From Ruminococcus intestinalis (lineage in GTDB: Bacteria; Spirochaetota; Spirochaetia; Sphaerochaetales; Sphaerochaetaceae), in contig CAVJEL010000001.1 in NCBI GenBank assembly GCA_963648635.1, positions 4,444 through 68,443 on the forward strand: a stretch of DNA of 64,000 nucleotides, given 5' to 3'. Below are positions 35,533-45,074 of this stretch, one piece after another (position 1 is the first letter of the stretch; every line of letters starts with the position of its first letter). A program made the position numbers and the translations under genes. The notes under the pieces were generated by a model. The model was not told where the DNA came from. It did not search any database and saw only the letters and a program-made list of their open reading frames with translations.

Positions 35533-36881
35533 GGATTCTCTGAGTAAACGTCGCTTTTCTTGTAGTAGATGAAGAAGAGCAAAGATACTAGTCCCCACGA
35601 GAGGGCATATGAATACATGACCCTCTCGATTGTTGCGGTGCATTGAGGGATGCTCAGCCATATTATTCTGAGGCCGCATATGCCGAATAGGGTGAAGATT
35701 GTCGGCACAAGTGTGCATCCCACACCCCTCAGTGCTCCTGAATAGATTTCAATCGGAATATAGAGTATGAATACCGGGGCGATTGTCCTGAGTATTCTCA
35801 TTCCAATTTCTATTACCGCTTCGTCGGAAGTAAAGAGAAGGAATGCATAACGGCCGAAGTTCAAATAAAGGAATGTCATGACGACAGCAACAAGCGCGCT
35901 CATAAAGAGGCTGTCCTTTACACCCCTTTTCGCCCTATCGATTTTTCCCGCGCCATAGTTCTGGCCGACAAACGTTGTTGCTGCAATTCCGAAAGCGTTG
36001 ACAATCATCCAGAAGACAGCATCGAGTTTGTTGTATGAGGCCCAGGCGGCTGCGGTATCTGTACCGAAACGGTTGACGTTGGTCTGTATAATCATGTTCG
36101 AGATATTGTACATGATTGACTGGATACCACCCGGAAGTCCGATGGCAAGCATTTTCTTGAGTATGACTTTGTCAGTGTTGAGACAGCGAAGCGGGTAGAC
36201 CCTGCAGCAGTCCTTTCTTATAAAGAGGAAGAAAAGCGTCAAAAGGCATGATATAACCTGGCTTATTACCGTTGCTTCCGCAGCCCCTCTTACGCCACGG
36301 TTGAATGTCGTGATGAAGAGAATATCGAGAAAGATGTTGACGACAGCTCCGATAATCAGGAAATAGAGTGGGGACCTCGAGTCTCCGAAAGCCCTGTAAA
36401 TTCCTGATGCCATGTTGTAGATAATCATCGGAAGTGCACCTGCAAAATAGACATGAAGATACTCCGTTGCAAGTGGCAACACATCGTCGGGGGTTTCTAT
36501 CAAGATAAGAAGTGGCTCTGTTAGAGCGTAGCCTCCGATGGATATAACAACACCGAAGAAAATCGAGAGTGCAATAGCTGTGTGTATGCTTTTCGAGACC
36601 CTCTCTTCGTTTTTCGCCCCGTAGAACTGCGAGACGACGACGGCAGAGCCCGAAGCAACTCCCGTGAAGAAGCCGATAATCAAATTCGTCATCGTACTTG
36701 TTCCACCAGATACTGCAGCCAGTGCCTCCTTACCGAGAAGCTGACCGACAATTATCGCATCCACGGTATTGTAGAGTGTCATGAAAAGGGTCCCGAACAT
36801 AATCGGGAAAAAGAAGAGTAATATCTGCTGCCAAATGACGCCTTCGGTTATGGCGTTTTCTTTCTTTACGCGTTCTCTCAT
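35511..36881 (-). CDS. MATE family efflux transporter
   Basis: 456 aa with 12 TM segments. N-terminus ITEGVIWQQILLFFFPIMFGTLFMTLYNTVDAIIVGQ is typical of MATE. Confidence 0.9.
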   Translation of the reverse strand: MRERVKKENAITEGVIWQQILLFFFPIMFGTLFMTLYNTVDAIIVGQLLGKEALAAVSGGTSTMTNLIIGFFTGVASGSAVVVSQFYGAKNEERVSKSIHTAIALSIFFGVVISIGGYALTEPLLILIETPDDVLPLATEYLHVYFAGALPMIIYNMASGIYRAFGDSRSPLYFLIIGAVVNIFLDILFITTFNRGVRGAAEATVISQVISCLLTLFFLFIRKDCCRVYPLRCLNTDKVILKKMLAIGLPGGIQSIMYNISNMIIQTNVNRFGTDTAAAWASYNKLDAVFWMIVNAFGIAATTFVGQNYGAGKIDRAKRGVKDSLFMSALVAVVMTFLYLNFGRYAFLLFTSDEAVIEIGMRILRTIAPVFILYIPIEIYSGALRGVGCTLVPTIFTLFGICGLRIIWLSIPQCTATIERVMYSYALSWGLVSLLFFIYYKKSDVYSENPQLKSSL

Positions 36882-36928
36882 AGCAGGGAAATTCTAGCTT
36901 TCTCGGCGGTAATAGTGAATACAGTGTG

Positions 36929-38179
36929 CTACTTTATGCGGCACACATTGCACTTTCTGAATGCTATCTTTGTACATGAGCCCTTACCGAAAAGATTCTC
37001 CATGCCGGATATATATCTTTCGAGAAGATGCTTGGGTACATAAGCCTGTATAGTCCCTGCAAAACCTCCACCGTGTATTCTGACAGCGCCTTCGCCGTCA
37101 AGTATGTGCTGGCTGATGGCAATTGCGAGCGATAGTCCCTGCTCCCTCACCATCGTTGTCGGGTAGACATTCTGCAGAAAGCAGAATGATGACGTGCCAC
37201 TTTCGTTTACGTTATATAGGAAGGTGTCTATATCTTCATCCTTTATCTCACTCAGCATGAACTTCACCCTTTCATTTTCCGTGAAGAAGTGATAGGCACG
37301 AAGGAGCGCCCTGTCGTTCTTCAACGTTCTTCTTATATCTGGAAGATTCTCTAAGAAAGATGAGAATTCTACTTCCCTTAGATTTTCCTTTCCAAAATAT
37401 TGAGCAACCATGCGCATTTCAGGTGGAACGGAAGCATATTCTGAAGTAAGGTCAGCGTGACAGCCGTGGGTATCTGTAATGACCATTGTCATATCGAAAG
37501 AATCGAGGTCCAGGGTGAGGGGGGTGACAATCGGGTTGTTCTTATCGCCGAAGTCTATTCCTACAATGCCTCCCGTTGCCGTACATACCTGGTCAAGAAG
37601 CCCGGATGGCTTACCGAAGTACACGTTCTCTGCATATTGGCTGATTTTTGCTATTTCAAGAGGAGAGAACGCATCGTTGTTGTAAAGGTTATTGAAGATT
37701 TCTGCAATCAAGACTTCGACAGATGCCGAAGAGGAGAGGCCCGAGCCTACAAGCACATTGCTCTCTACATTGGCCTGCCAGCCCCCGATTTTTACTCCCC
37801 TTTGAGTGAAGGCATATGCTATTCCCCTCAAAAGCGAGGGTGTTGTATTCTTCTCTTTCTCCCGTGGTGATAAATCATCTAAAGAAATGGAGCACATTTC
37901 AAAGCCTTTCGAAGCAAAAACGATTCTTCCGTCATCTCTTTTCGTGACGGCAGCGACGGTGTCGAGATTGATTGACGCCCCGATAACAAGCCCGAGGTTG
38001 TGGTCTGTATGGTTTCCTGCTATCTCAGTGCGTCCGGCAGCAGAGAAGAGGAGGGGATTTGTAGCGCCGAAAAATTCTTCGTGTCTCCTCTCGAGGGACA
38101 TAAATCGTTCATCCATCTCTTTCTCGTCATAAAGAGAACCGTAAAGCAGGGGATATATATTATGCAGTTCTGTATTCAT
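36929..38179 (-). CDS. galK: Galactokinase (GHMP kinase family)
   Basis: 416 aa with the GalK signature region AAGRTEIAGNHTDHN and the GHMP ATP motif GSGLSSSAS. Confidence 0.8.
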   Translation of the reverse strand: MNTELHNIYPLLYGSLYDEKEMDERFMSLERRHEEFFGATNPLLFSAAGRTEIAGNHTDHNLGLVIGASINLDTVAAVTKRDDGRIVFASKGFEMCSISLDDLSPREKEKNTTPSLLRGIAYAFTQRGVKIGGWQANVESNVLVGSGLSSSASVEVLIAEIFNNLYNNDAFSPLEIAKISQYAENVYFGKPSGLLDQVCTATGGIVGIDFGDKNNPIVTPLTLDLDSFDMTMVITDTHGCHADLTSEYASVPPEMRMVAQYFGKENLREVEFSSFLENLPDIRRTLKNDRALLRAYHFFTENERVKFMLSEIKDEDIDTFLYNVNESGTSSFCFLQNVYPTTMVREQGLSLAIAISQHILDGEGAVRIHGGGFAGTIQAYVPKHLLERYISGMENLFGKGSCTKIAFRKCNVCRIK

Positions 38180-38333
38180 GGCAAAAAGTATAACTTATAA
38201 AAGACGAAAGTAAAATGAAAAGGTAAGGAGATGGAAGAACAGAAGCGCATCTAACACCATGACAGTTCCCAATGGCCATGGATTTCGGAGGTATCTACCT
38301 CTACCATAAGGCATTTAACAGATAATTCACACA

Positions 38334-39746
38334 TTATGTTTTATTCTTTTCAGGATGAGATATTAGCCTTTTCCCTCTTATTAAGAACGGGCCGAGAGTC
38401 CTTACTCTCTTTTCGTCTACAAGTATGGATAGAGCTTTCATTGCCTCATCCTCTGTCCAGTTCTTCAGTCTTATGCCGTGTGATAATAGAGTAAATCTTG
38501 TTAGTGCTTTTATTGCGCTCTTCCTCGGCATTATTCCCCAATAGGCCATGTAGGACGTTATCTCATCGACTCCTGCTCTATGATAGCTGTCGGCCGTGCA
38601 ATGGCTGCAAAAGAGACATTCTCTGTTCTCGACTTCTTCGTTCATCTCCTCCAATAAGCGTCGTCTTATGCATTCGTCTCCGCTGAAAATATCTGTTATT
38701 TTGGATTTGTCTCCGGGACTATAGAGGATAAATGAATGGGCTTCTTTTCCGTCCCTTCCTGCTCTTCCCGACTCCTGTAGAAAAGACGATGCATCTGGCG
38801 GGATGAATGTGTGAATTATCGAGCGAATGTCGTCTTTCGATACCCCCATTCCGTAGGCGATAGTTGCAAAGAGTACGCCGCTTTTTGAAGAGAAGAACCA
38901 CTCCTCTGTCTTCTTTTTCTCCTCCTTTTCCATGTGTGCATGATAGTATTTGCAATCAAAGCCTTGTTTTGATATCTCCCCAGCTAAAACTTCTGTCTTT
39001 TCGCGCGATGAACAGAATACTACTGCCGGCCTCATTTCTTTGTTCTCTAATATTTTAAGCATATCGTGTTTCATAGATAGTGTACGTACGGCATGGTAAT
39101 AGATGTTCTCTCTGTCGGCGGATCCGTGGACTATATAGGGCTTCTTTCCATCGAATATGAGGGAAATTATCTTCTTCCCGATTTCGCTGTTGATTGTTGC
39201 ACTGAAAGCGAAGATGTTCTTCGGCGCGAGGTAGGTAAGGATCTTATCAATCTCGAGTAGAGCGGGGCGGAAGCTTTCTCCCCATTCGAGAATTGTATGT
39301 ACTTCGTCGATTACTACTGTTTCTATTTTTTCTTTTATTTTATCCAATTCCTTGTTCTCGATTAAACAGAGTAGCATCTCGACATTTGTCACTATCAAAC
39401 GGCTTTCACCGTTTATAAGCTTCTTAAATTGTGCATTTCTCTCTTCCACTGTCATACCGCCTCGAAGAACTACGGGGTTGAGGCCACTTTCTTTAAATCT
39501 CCTCTCCTGGTCACTTATAAGCGCAAGAAGGGGGTAGATACATATTGTGATTCCCTTCATCAAAAGCATCGGGGCCGTGAAGCACAGTGTTTTTCCACTT
39601 CCTGTCGGAAGAGATGCAAGCACATAGGTACTCTTCTCTCTTTCCATGTTGTCGAGTATGTGGCGGATAATGAGCGTTTGGTATGGCCGTAGGTATCTTA
39701 TGCCGAGCCTTTCTCTTATGATTAATTCGAATTCTTCCTGTTCCAT
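38334..39746 (-). CDS. RecQ-family ATP-dependent DNA helicase (short form, no HRDC)
   Basis: 470 aa with motif I LPTGSGKT, DEVH box (VVIDEVH), SAT (FSAT) and motif VI QESGRAGRDG. Confidence 0.85.
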   Translation of the reverse strand: MEQEEFELIIRERLGIRYLRPYQTLIIRHILDNMEREKSTYVLASLPTGSGKTLCFTAPMLLMKGITICIYPLLALISDQERRFKESGLNPVVLRGGMTVEERNAQFKKLINGESRLIVTNVEMLLCLIENKELDKIKEKIETVVIDEVHTILEWGESFRPALLEIDKILTYLAPKNIFAFSATINSEIGKKIISLIFDGKKPYIVHGSADRENIYYHAVRTLSMKHDMLKILENKEMRPAVVFCSSREKTEVLAGEISKQGFDCKYYHAHMEKEEKKKTEEWFFSSKSGVLFATIAYGMGVSKDDIRSIIHTFIPPDASSFLQESGRAGRDGKEAHSFILYSPGDKSKITDIFSGDECIRRRLLEEMNEEVENRECLFCSHCTADSYHRAGVDEITSYMAYWGIMPRKSAIKALTRFTLLSHGIRLKNWTEDEAMKALSILVDEKRVRTLGPFLIRGKRLISHPEKNKT

Positions 39747-39882
39747 ACCTTGTAACAGGTATTAGAGTATTTGAAAATGTTTAAATAAATGGTTTAAAGT
39801 TCCTAAATGAGAATAAAATACTGTGTAATTGAATTTAGATGGAGCTAAAGAAGACGGGTGCCTTTATGACACCCGCTTTGAC

Positions 39883-41229
39883 TTATTTTGTCTTCTTCGG
39901 AGGATAAGCGATGATAGATGCTATCTCTGGCTTCTTCTTGAGGTTGTTCTCTAGTCCTCTCTCACGCGCCTTGTTGACATAGTTCGGATCTTCGAAGGAG
40001 TAGTGGAAGTTCGTATGTATGTCGTAGGTTCCCTTCATGAGGGCATATGCATCCTCTGTGATGACAAGCTCTTCATCTGTCGGGATAACGAAAATCTTGA
40101 CTTTGGAGTCGTCTGCGCTGATGCATGTCTCTGCATTTCTGCAATGAGAGATGTCGTTCTTCTTCGGGTCAATCTTGATGCCGAGGCTCTCGAGACCTTC
40201 TGTTGCTCCGAGTCTTACGTTCTCGCCCATCTCACCGACACCTGCTGTGAATACGATGGCATCAACTCTTCCAAGGAGGGCCGCATAGGATCCGATATAC
40301 TTCTTGATTCTTCTGCATTCCATCTTTACTGCAAGCTCTGCAATTTTGTTGCCCTCCGCTGCCATCTTGCTGACATCTCTTCTATCTGCTTTTCCACAGA
40401 GTCCGATGAGTCCTGACTTCTTGTTGAGGATTGTATCCATCTCCTGAACTGTGTAGCCAGCGTTGTTGCAAATGTAAGGAATGACAGCCGGGTCGATATC
40501 GCCACTGCGAGTACCCATTACGAGGCCTTCGAGCGGGGTAAGTCCCATTGATGTGTCGATACATACGCCGTTCTTGACTGCACATGCAGATGCGCCGTTA
40601 CCGATATGAAGGATAATGACGTTTGTATCCTTGTTTTCCTTTCCGAGTAGTACCGCAGCACGCTTTGTACAATAGAGGTGGCTTGTTCCGTGGAAGCCGT
40701 ATCTTCTTACGTTGTACTTTTCATACCATTCATAAGGAACAGCATACATGAATGCCTCTGGAGGCATTGTCTGATGCCAAGCTGTGTCGAGTACGATTGC
40801 CTGAGGGACATTAGGCATCAAGCGGCGTGCACATTCAATTCCCATGATATTGCCCGGCATATGCAACGGTCCGAGTGGAATAAGACTCTTGAGCTTCTCG
40901 ACAACTTCATCTGTGACAAGTGTTGACTGCTTGAACATCTCGCCGCCGTGGAGAACACGGTGACCGACAGCTCCGATTTCATCGAGGGACTTAATACATC
41001 CATATGTAGGATCCTGGAGCATTTTGAGGATGTAGTCGATGGCTTCAGCGTGGCTCGGACTTGAGAATTCAGCCTCATAGTCTTCCTTTCCACGTGCTTC
41101 CTGTTCGATAGTAGATACCTTTTCTCCGATTCTTTCGACGACACCTACAGCGAGGACATCCTTGTTGTCCCAATCATATACCTGGTATTTGGCAGATGAA
41201 CTGCCACAGTTCAAGGTTAAAATAACCAT
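39883..41229 (-). CDS. ackA: Acetate kinase with a ~48-aa C-terminal extension
   Basis: MVILTLNCGSSSAKYQVY, GHRVLHGG, FHGTSH and VIPTDEELVI motifs are present. The tail TYDIHTNFHYSFEDPNYVNK...PPKKTK extends beyond the usual AckA end. Confidence 0.95.
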   Translation of the reverse strand: MVILTLNCGSSSAKYQVYDWDNKDVLAVGVVERIGEKVSTIEQEARGKEDYEAEFSSPSHAEAIDYILKMLQDPTYGCIKSLDEIGAVGHRVLHGGEMFKQSTLVTDEVVEKLKSLIPLGPLHMPGNIMGIECARRLMPNVPQAIVLDTAWHQTMPPEAFMYAVPYEWYEKYNVRRYGFHGTSHLYCTKRAAVLLGKENKDTNVIILHIGNGASACAVKNGVCIDTSMGLTPLEGLVMGTRSGDIDPAVIPYICNNAGYTVQEMDTILNKKSGLIGLCGKADRRDVSKMAAEGNKIAELAVKMECRRIKKYIGSYAALLGRVDAIVFTAGVGEMGENVRLGATEGLESLGIKIDPKKNDISHCRNAETCISADDSKVKIFVIPTDEELVITEDAYALMKGTYDIHTNFHYSFEDPNYVNKARERGLENNLKKKPEIASIIAYPPKKTK

Positions 41230-41261
41230 ATAGATTTACTCCTTAATTTCAAAACTTTTCT

Positions 41262-41297
41262 GATAATATATCACAAGTGTGAAAAGCGCCACACTTG
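41262..41297 (-). promoter_or_regulatory. Candidate ackA extended -10 promoter with an adjacent perfect palindrome
   Basis: Minus strand: CAAGTGTG-N8-CACACTTG immediately followed by TGaTATATT (TGn plus -10), about 35 nt upstream of the ackA ATG. Confidence 0.4.
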
Positions 41298-41382
41298 AGT
41301 AAGGAAAATTAACAAATCGGGTCAGAATCGAAATGAAACTCTTTTTTGACAAAAAACGGGGGCTCTTGACCTATATATAGGC

Positions 41383-42420
41383 ATGAAGGTGATTTTATCT
41401 CTGCTTGTTTTTCTTTTGTTCATACCCGTCCGGTTATCGTCCTTTTCGTTGTCTGCAACCTCCTCCGGAACGGTAGAGATTAAAGGTGATGGTACTGTAA
41501 TCAAGTTTGGTACCGATGAAGTTTTGATAAAGTCCCCTTCTTTCAATTTCGGAGATATGGAGGACGGCGGGATAATTGCAGCGTTAAATAGTCCCTATTC
41601 CTCCTATTCTCTCCTTCCTTCGTTTTCGTTGTATTCCCCTTCGAGTCGCATATTCGGCTCCTCAGTCATTTTGGATCACCGCCTTCATCTTTTCTCCTTC
41701 CTCGGGGAGAGAAAGGGCGCGGGGGTAGTGTGGAAGGAGAACTCCTTCACGCTTTCTCTTCTCTACGGCACGCCGAGAAAGGATGGGGTATATCAGACAA
41801 AGGGTGTGGAGAGGACGAAGAGTCACACTCTCTGGGCACTCGGGGAATACGCCCTGGGGAGAGTCTTTTACATAAGGGGGATGGCTTCTCTTGCCTCAAT
41901 GAGGGTCTTCTCATTCTCCGTTCTTTCTTCCGTTTCCTTCTCGTTATTTACAATCACACTCGGGAGGGGACGTGTTCAGGCTTTTACTGCCGTCAAGAAC
42001 TCCTGGATGAACTATGCAGCAGTCGAAATAAAGAGCGAAGACTTTGAGATAAAGCATGAACTTAAAATGGAGGATGATCCCGTCTACCTCAGAGAGTACA
42101 GAGATTACGAGTACAATATGAATGCTAAACTCACACTCTGGAGCGTCACCCTCACTTCGACAATAAAAAAGACATTCACGAGTGGAAGGGAGAAGAGGGA
42201 GGAGAGGATTAACATCATTTGGGGGCCGTTTACTGTTGGCTATAAACGAAGTACCAACAGCCTTTATCTTAAGCTCGAGAGGAATGGTATTAAGATTGAG
42301 TATGAGGACGAGGTAATGTCTATCGCCGTCACATCACGCTTCGAGGAGGGGCGGGTTGCCGTTACGACGGAAATATCGTCAAAGCGTGTGATGAAGTGGA
42401 CGCTTGAGATTGAAATATAG
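41383..42420 (+). CDS. Hypothetical secreted beta-rich protein (possible outer-membrane protein)
   Basis: 345 aa with signal peptide MKVILSLLVFLLFIPVRLSS. The sequence has an amphipathic beta-strand character, and I recognise no family. Confidence 0.5.
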   Translation: MKVILSLLVFLLFIPVRLSSFSLSATSSGTVEIKGDGTVIKFGTDEVLIKSPSFNFGDMEDGGIIAALNSPYSSYSLLPSFSLYSPSSRIFGSSVILDHRLHLFSFLGERKGAGVVWKENSFTLSLLYGTPRKDGVYQTKGVERTKSHTLWALGEYALGRVFYIRGMASLASMRVFSFSVLSSVSFSLFTITLGRGRVQAFTAVKNSWMNYAAVEIKSEDFEIKHELKMEDDPVYLREYRDYEYNMNAKLTLWSVTLTSTIKKTFTSGREKREERINIIWGPFTVGYKRSTNSLYLKLERNGIKIEYEDEVMSIAVTSRFEEGRVAVTTEISSKRVMKWTLEIEI

Positions 42421-42504
42421 CCGATTGGGGGCGAAAAGCTTATCTTTATCAAGAAAGGCAAATTCACTATAATTAACGGAAACTAAATTTACTGGAGGAC
42501 AGAT

Positions 42505-43905
42505 ATGAAACTGTACAACACGATGAGCCGTAAGACGGAAGAATTTATTCCAATTGAAAAGGGTAAGGTCTCGATGTACTGTTGTGGTCCTACTGTTTAT
42601 AACTTTGCACATATCGGTAATCTCAGGACCTTTATATTCGAGGATGTTCTGAAGAGGGCTTTTACATATGACGGTTACAAGGTAAAGCATGTAATGAATA
42701 TTACAGATGTGGGCCATCTCACCGGAGATGGAGACGACGGAGAGGATAAACTAAATAAGCGTAGCCGTGAGACTGGAAAGAGCGTGTGGGAAATAGCGGC
42801 TTTCTATACAGATGCCTTTTTCAAGGATGAAACGGCCCTCAACATAATCAGACCAGATATCGTATGTAAGGCAACCGACCATATACAGGATATGATTAAT
42901 CTCATCAAGGTTCTTGAGGAGAAGGGTCATACCTACACTGCCGGTGGAAACGTCTATTTCTCGATTGATACGATTTCTGATTACGGCAAACTTGCCGGGC
43001 AGAGCCAGGACGAGAAGATGAGCGGCGCAAGAATTGAAGTTGACGGCAATAAGCGCAACCCCAAGGATTTCGTCCTTTGGTTCACCAACTCCAAGTTCGG
43101 TGAACAGGCCATGATGTGGGATAGTCCCTGGGGAAGAGGGTACCCTGGATGGCACATCGAATGCTCGGCAATGAGCATGAAGTACCTGGGACCTCATTTC
43201 GATATCCATTGCGGTGGTATCGACGCTATTCCTGTGCATCATACCAATGAGATAGCACAGAGCGAGGCTGCAACAGGGACTAAGTGGGTAAACTATTGGT
43301 GTCACGGGGAGTTTTTACTCAATGACAAGGGTAAGATGAGTAAATCGAGCGGAGAGTTCCTAACTCTCCCAGTTGTCGTCGAGCACGGTTATAGTCCCCT
43401 TGACTACCGCTATTTCTGCCTTACCGGACACTATCGCACGCAACTTAAGTTCAGCTGGGAGGCACTTGATCACGCAAAGGCAGCAAGGGAGAAACTTTTC
43501 GCAATTGTAAGCGAGCTCAAAGAGGGTGATATTGCCTCAACACTAGGTCAGAAGGCACTAGAGTACCTTGAAGGATTCAAGGGTGCCGTTAATAATGACC
43601 TCAAGACTCCCGAGGCTCTTGCTGTGATGTGGACAATGCTTAAGGACAGCTCTGTCTCTGGAGCGGAGAAGCTATCCCTTCTTTACTCGTTTGACAACGT
43701 TCTCGGACTTGGATTGGATAAAATCGAGAAAAAGGGTAATGAAAAGGTTGGTGGCGACGAGGAGTGGAAGCTCGTAGAAGAGCGTACTCTTGCCAAGAAG
43801 AATAAGGACTGGGCAAGGGCTGATGAGATAAGAAATGAACTCTTAAAGCGTGGATATGCTGTAAAAGATACACCATCGGGTGCAGTTCTTGAAAAAATAG
43901 TGTAA
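42505..43905 (+). CDS. cysS: Cysteine--tRNA ligase
   Basis: 466 aa with a HIGH motif (AHIGN), the KMSKS motif (GKMSKSSG) and zinc-site residues. Confidence 0.95.
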   Translation: MKLYNTMSRKTEEFIPIEKGKVSMYCCGPTVYNFAHIGNLRTFIFEDVLKRAFTYDGYKVKHVMNITDVGHLTGDGDDGEDKLNKRSRETGKSVWEIAAFYTDAFFKDETALNIIRPDIVCKATDHIQDMINLIKVLEEKGHTYTAGGNVYFSIDTISDYGKLAGQSQDEKMSGARIEVDGNKRNPKDFVLWFTNSKFGEQAMMWDSPWGRGYPGWHIECSAMSMKYLGPHFDIHCGGIDAIPVHHTNEIAQSEAATGTKWVNYWCHGEFLLNDKGKMSKSSGEFLTLPVVVEHGYSPLDYRYFCLTGHYRTQLKFSWEALDHAKAAREKLFAIVSELKEGDIASTLGQKALEYLEGFKGAVNNDLKTPEALAVMWTMLKDSSVSGAEKLSLLYSFDNVLGLGLDKIEKKGNEKVGGDEEWKLVEERTLAKKNKDWARADEIRNELLKRGYAVKDTPSGAVLEKIV

Positions 43906-43933
43906 CCTTCAGCTAGGGAATGTTGTTAGTAAG

Positions 43934-44470
43934 ATGGAAATAAGAAGTACCAACAGGGACGATTTTAGGAAAGTATACGATGAAAATTACACTCTGCTAC
44001 TGCAGGTTGCGATGCACATCGTCTACAACCAGGATATTGCCGAGGACCTTGTCCAGGAAGCTTTTGAAAGATTCTTTGTAAAGAATATGAGCTTCCCGGG
44101 TATGGACGATGCAAAGTACTGGCTCCTGAGAGTGACTAAAAACCTTGCTCTTAATCACCTGAAGCGCAACAAGAGGGATTTGCAGCTTGTTGAGAAGGTG
44201 AAGAAGATGCCGATGAGTGAGACGGCAAGTTATGTCGACTACACGCGCGACGTCATCGAAGAGGAGGACAGAAAGAGGGTCAGGCGTGCCATAGAACAGC
44301 TACCGGAAAACCTGAAGCTCGTGATACAGCTCAAGGAATATTCGGATCTGGACTATAAGGCAATCGGAAAGGTTCTTGGAATTTCCGAAACTAATGTGAA
44401 GGTGAGGGTTCACCGGGCGAGACGAAAGCTCGAGAGCCTTCTATCTGTGGAGGATAAGGATGTGTATTGA
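43934..44470 (+). CDS. ECF-type RNA polymerase sigma factor
   Basis: 178 aa with sigma70 region 2 (DIAEDLVQEAFERFF) and a region 4 HTH (DYKAIGKVLGISETNVKVRVHRARRKL). Confidence 0.9.
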   Translation: MEIRSTNRDDFRKVYDENYTLLLQVAMHIVYNQDIAEDLVQEAFERFFVKNMSFPGMDDAKYWLLRVTKNLALNHLKRNKRDLQLVEKVKKMPMSETASYVDYTRDVIEEEDRKRVRRAIEQLPENLKLVIQLKEYSDLDYKAIGKVLGISETNVKVRVHRARRKLESLLSVEDKDVY

Positions 44471-45011
44471 TTTGCAGATGCTGTCGGCTTATATGGACGG
44501 GGAACTTAAAGAGCCATACAGAACACAGGTTGAGGAGCACTTCGAGCACTGTGCAACCTGTCGCAATATACTCGGCAACATGAAGAGTCTCGAGAGGACT
44601 ATTCAAAGCGACTCTTTTCCCACCTCCGAGCTTGAGAGAAACAAGGATGTCATCTATAAGAAACTTGACAACAAGTTCTTTTCAAACGGAAACAAAATCA
44701 GCTTCTTTCGCCGTAGAATTCAGATGAAAGTCCCGACGATGATTGCCTCCGCTGCAGCTGCAACGTTCATTTTTGTCGGAGCCTTTGTTCTTTTCGGAAC
44801 AAATAGTAGCGAGACAAGCGATATCCTCCCTTCATTCAACGTGAATGCAGAGAGCGAGAATGTCAGGTATGTTTCGAACAGGGAAAGCCTTGATAACTAT
44901 TCGCTTGAGGAGATATTACAATACCTTGATAGTAAAGGTTACAATGTAGATATCTCGATAAAGGGCCTTCAGCCTCTGGAGGTGACTGAATTGACCGAGA
45001 GAGACAATTAA
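44460..45011 (+). CDS. Anti-sigma factor (zf-HC2 type, single TM)
   Basis: Overlaps the sigma gene by 11 nt. It has the HFEHCATC (H-x3-C-x2-C) motif and a TM segment MIASAAAATFIFVGAFVLF. Confidence 0.75.
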   Translation: MCIDLQMLSAYMDGELKEPYRTQVEEHFEHCATCRNILGNMKSLERTIQSDSFPTSELERNKDVIYKKLDNKFFSNGNKISFFRRRIQMKVPTMIASAAAATFIFVGAFVLFGTNSSETSDILPSFNVNAESENVRYVSNRESLDNYSLEEILQYLDSKGYNVDISIKGLQPLEVTELTERDN

Positions 45012-45017
45012 AAACAA

Positions 45018-45046
45018 TTGTACCTAACGGTTTAATTTGTTAGAAT
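45018..45046 (+). promoter_or_regulatory. Candidate sigma70-like valS promoter
   Basis: TTGTAC-17 nt-TAGAAT. Confidence 0.35.
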
Positions 45047-45047
45047 T

Positions 45048-45074
45048 TCCTCCATTACAAGTGGAGGATTTTTT
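45048..45074 (+). terminator. Hairpin plus T6 directly upstream of the valS ATG; the 3' arm contains the valS SD
   Basis: TCCTCCA-TTACAAG-TGGAGGA-TTTTTT-ATG. Confidence 0.55.

Noticed and set aside
38180-38333. Mini-ORFs of 18-28 codons and a GGAGGTA-TC-TACCTC hairpin between recQ-like and galK
   Set aside because: There is no SD or conserved-looking peptide, and the hairpin is short with no T-tract. The region is most simply the galK promoter region.
41322-41382. Tandem TTGACA/TTGACC plus TATATA just upstream of the 41383 ATG as a leaderless promoter
   Set aside because: The spacing from TTGACA to TATATA is about 20 nt, and the second TTGACC directly abuts the -10. The geometry is too ambiguous to call without TSS data.
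42421-42504. T-box or other riboswitch leaders upstream of cysS, valS (45012-45074), serS and thrA
   Set aside because: The leaders are only about 30-85 nt, far too short for T-box or known amino-acid riboswitches. No specifier or T-box consensus is visible.
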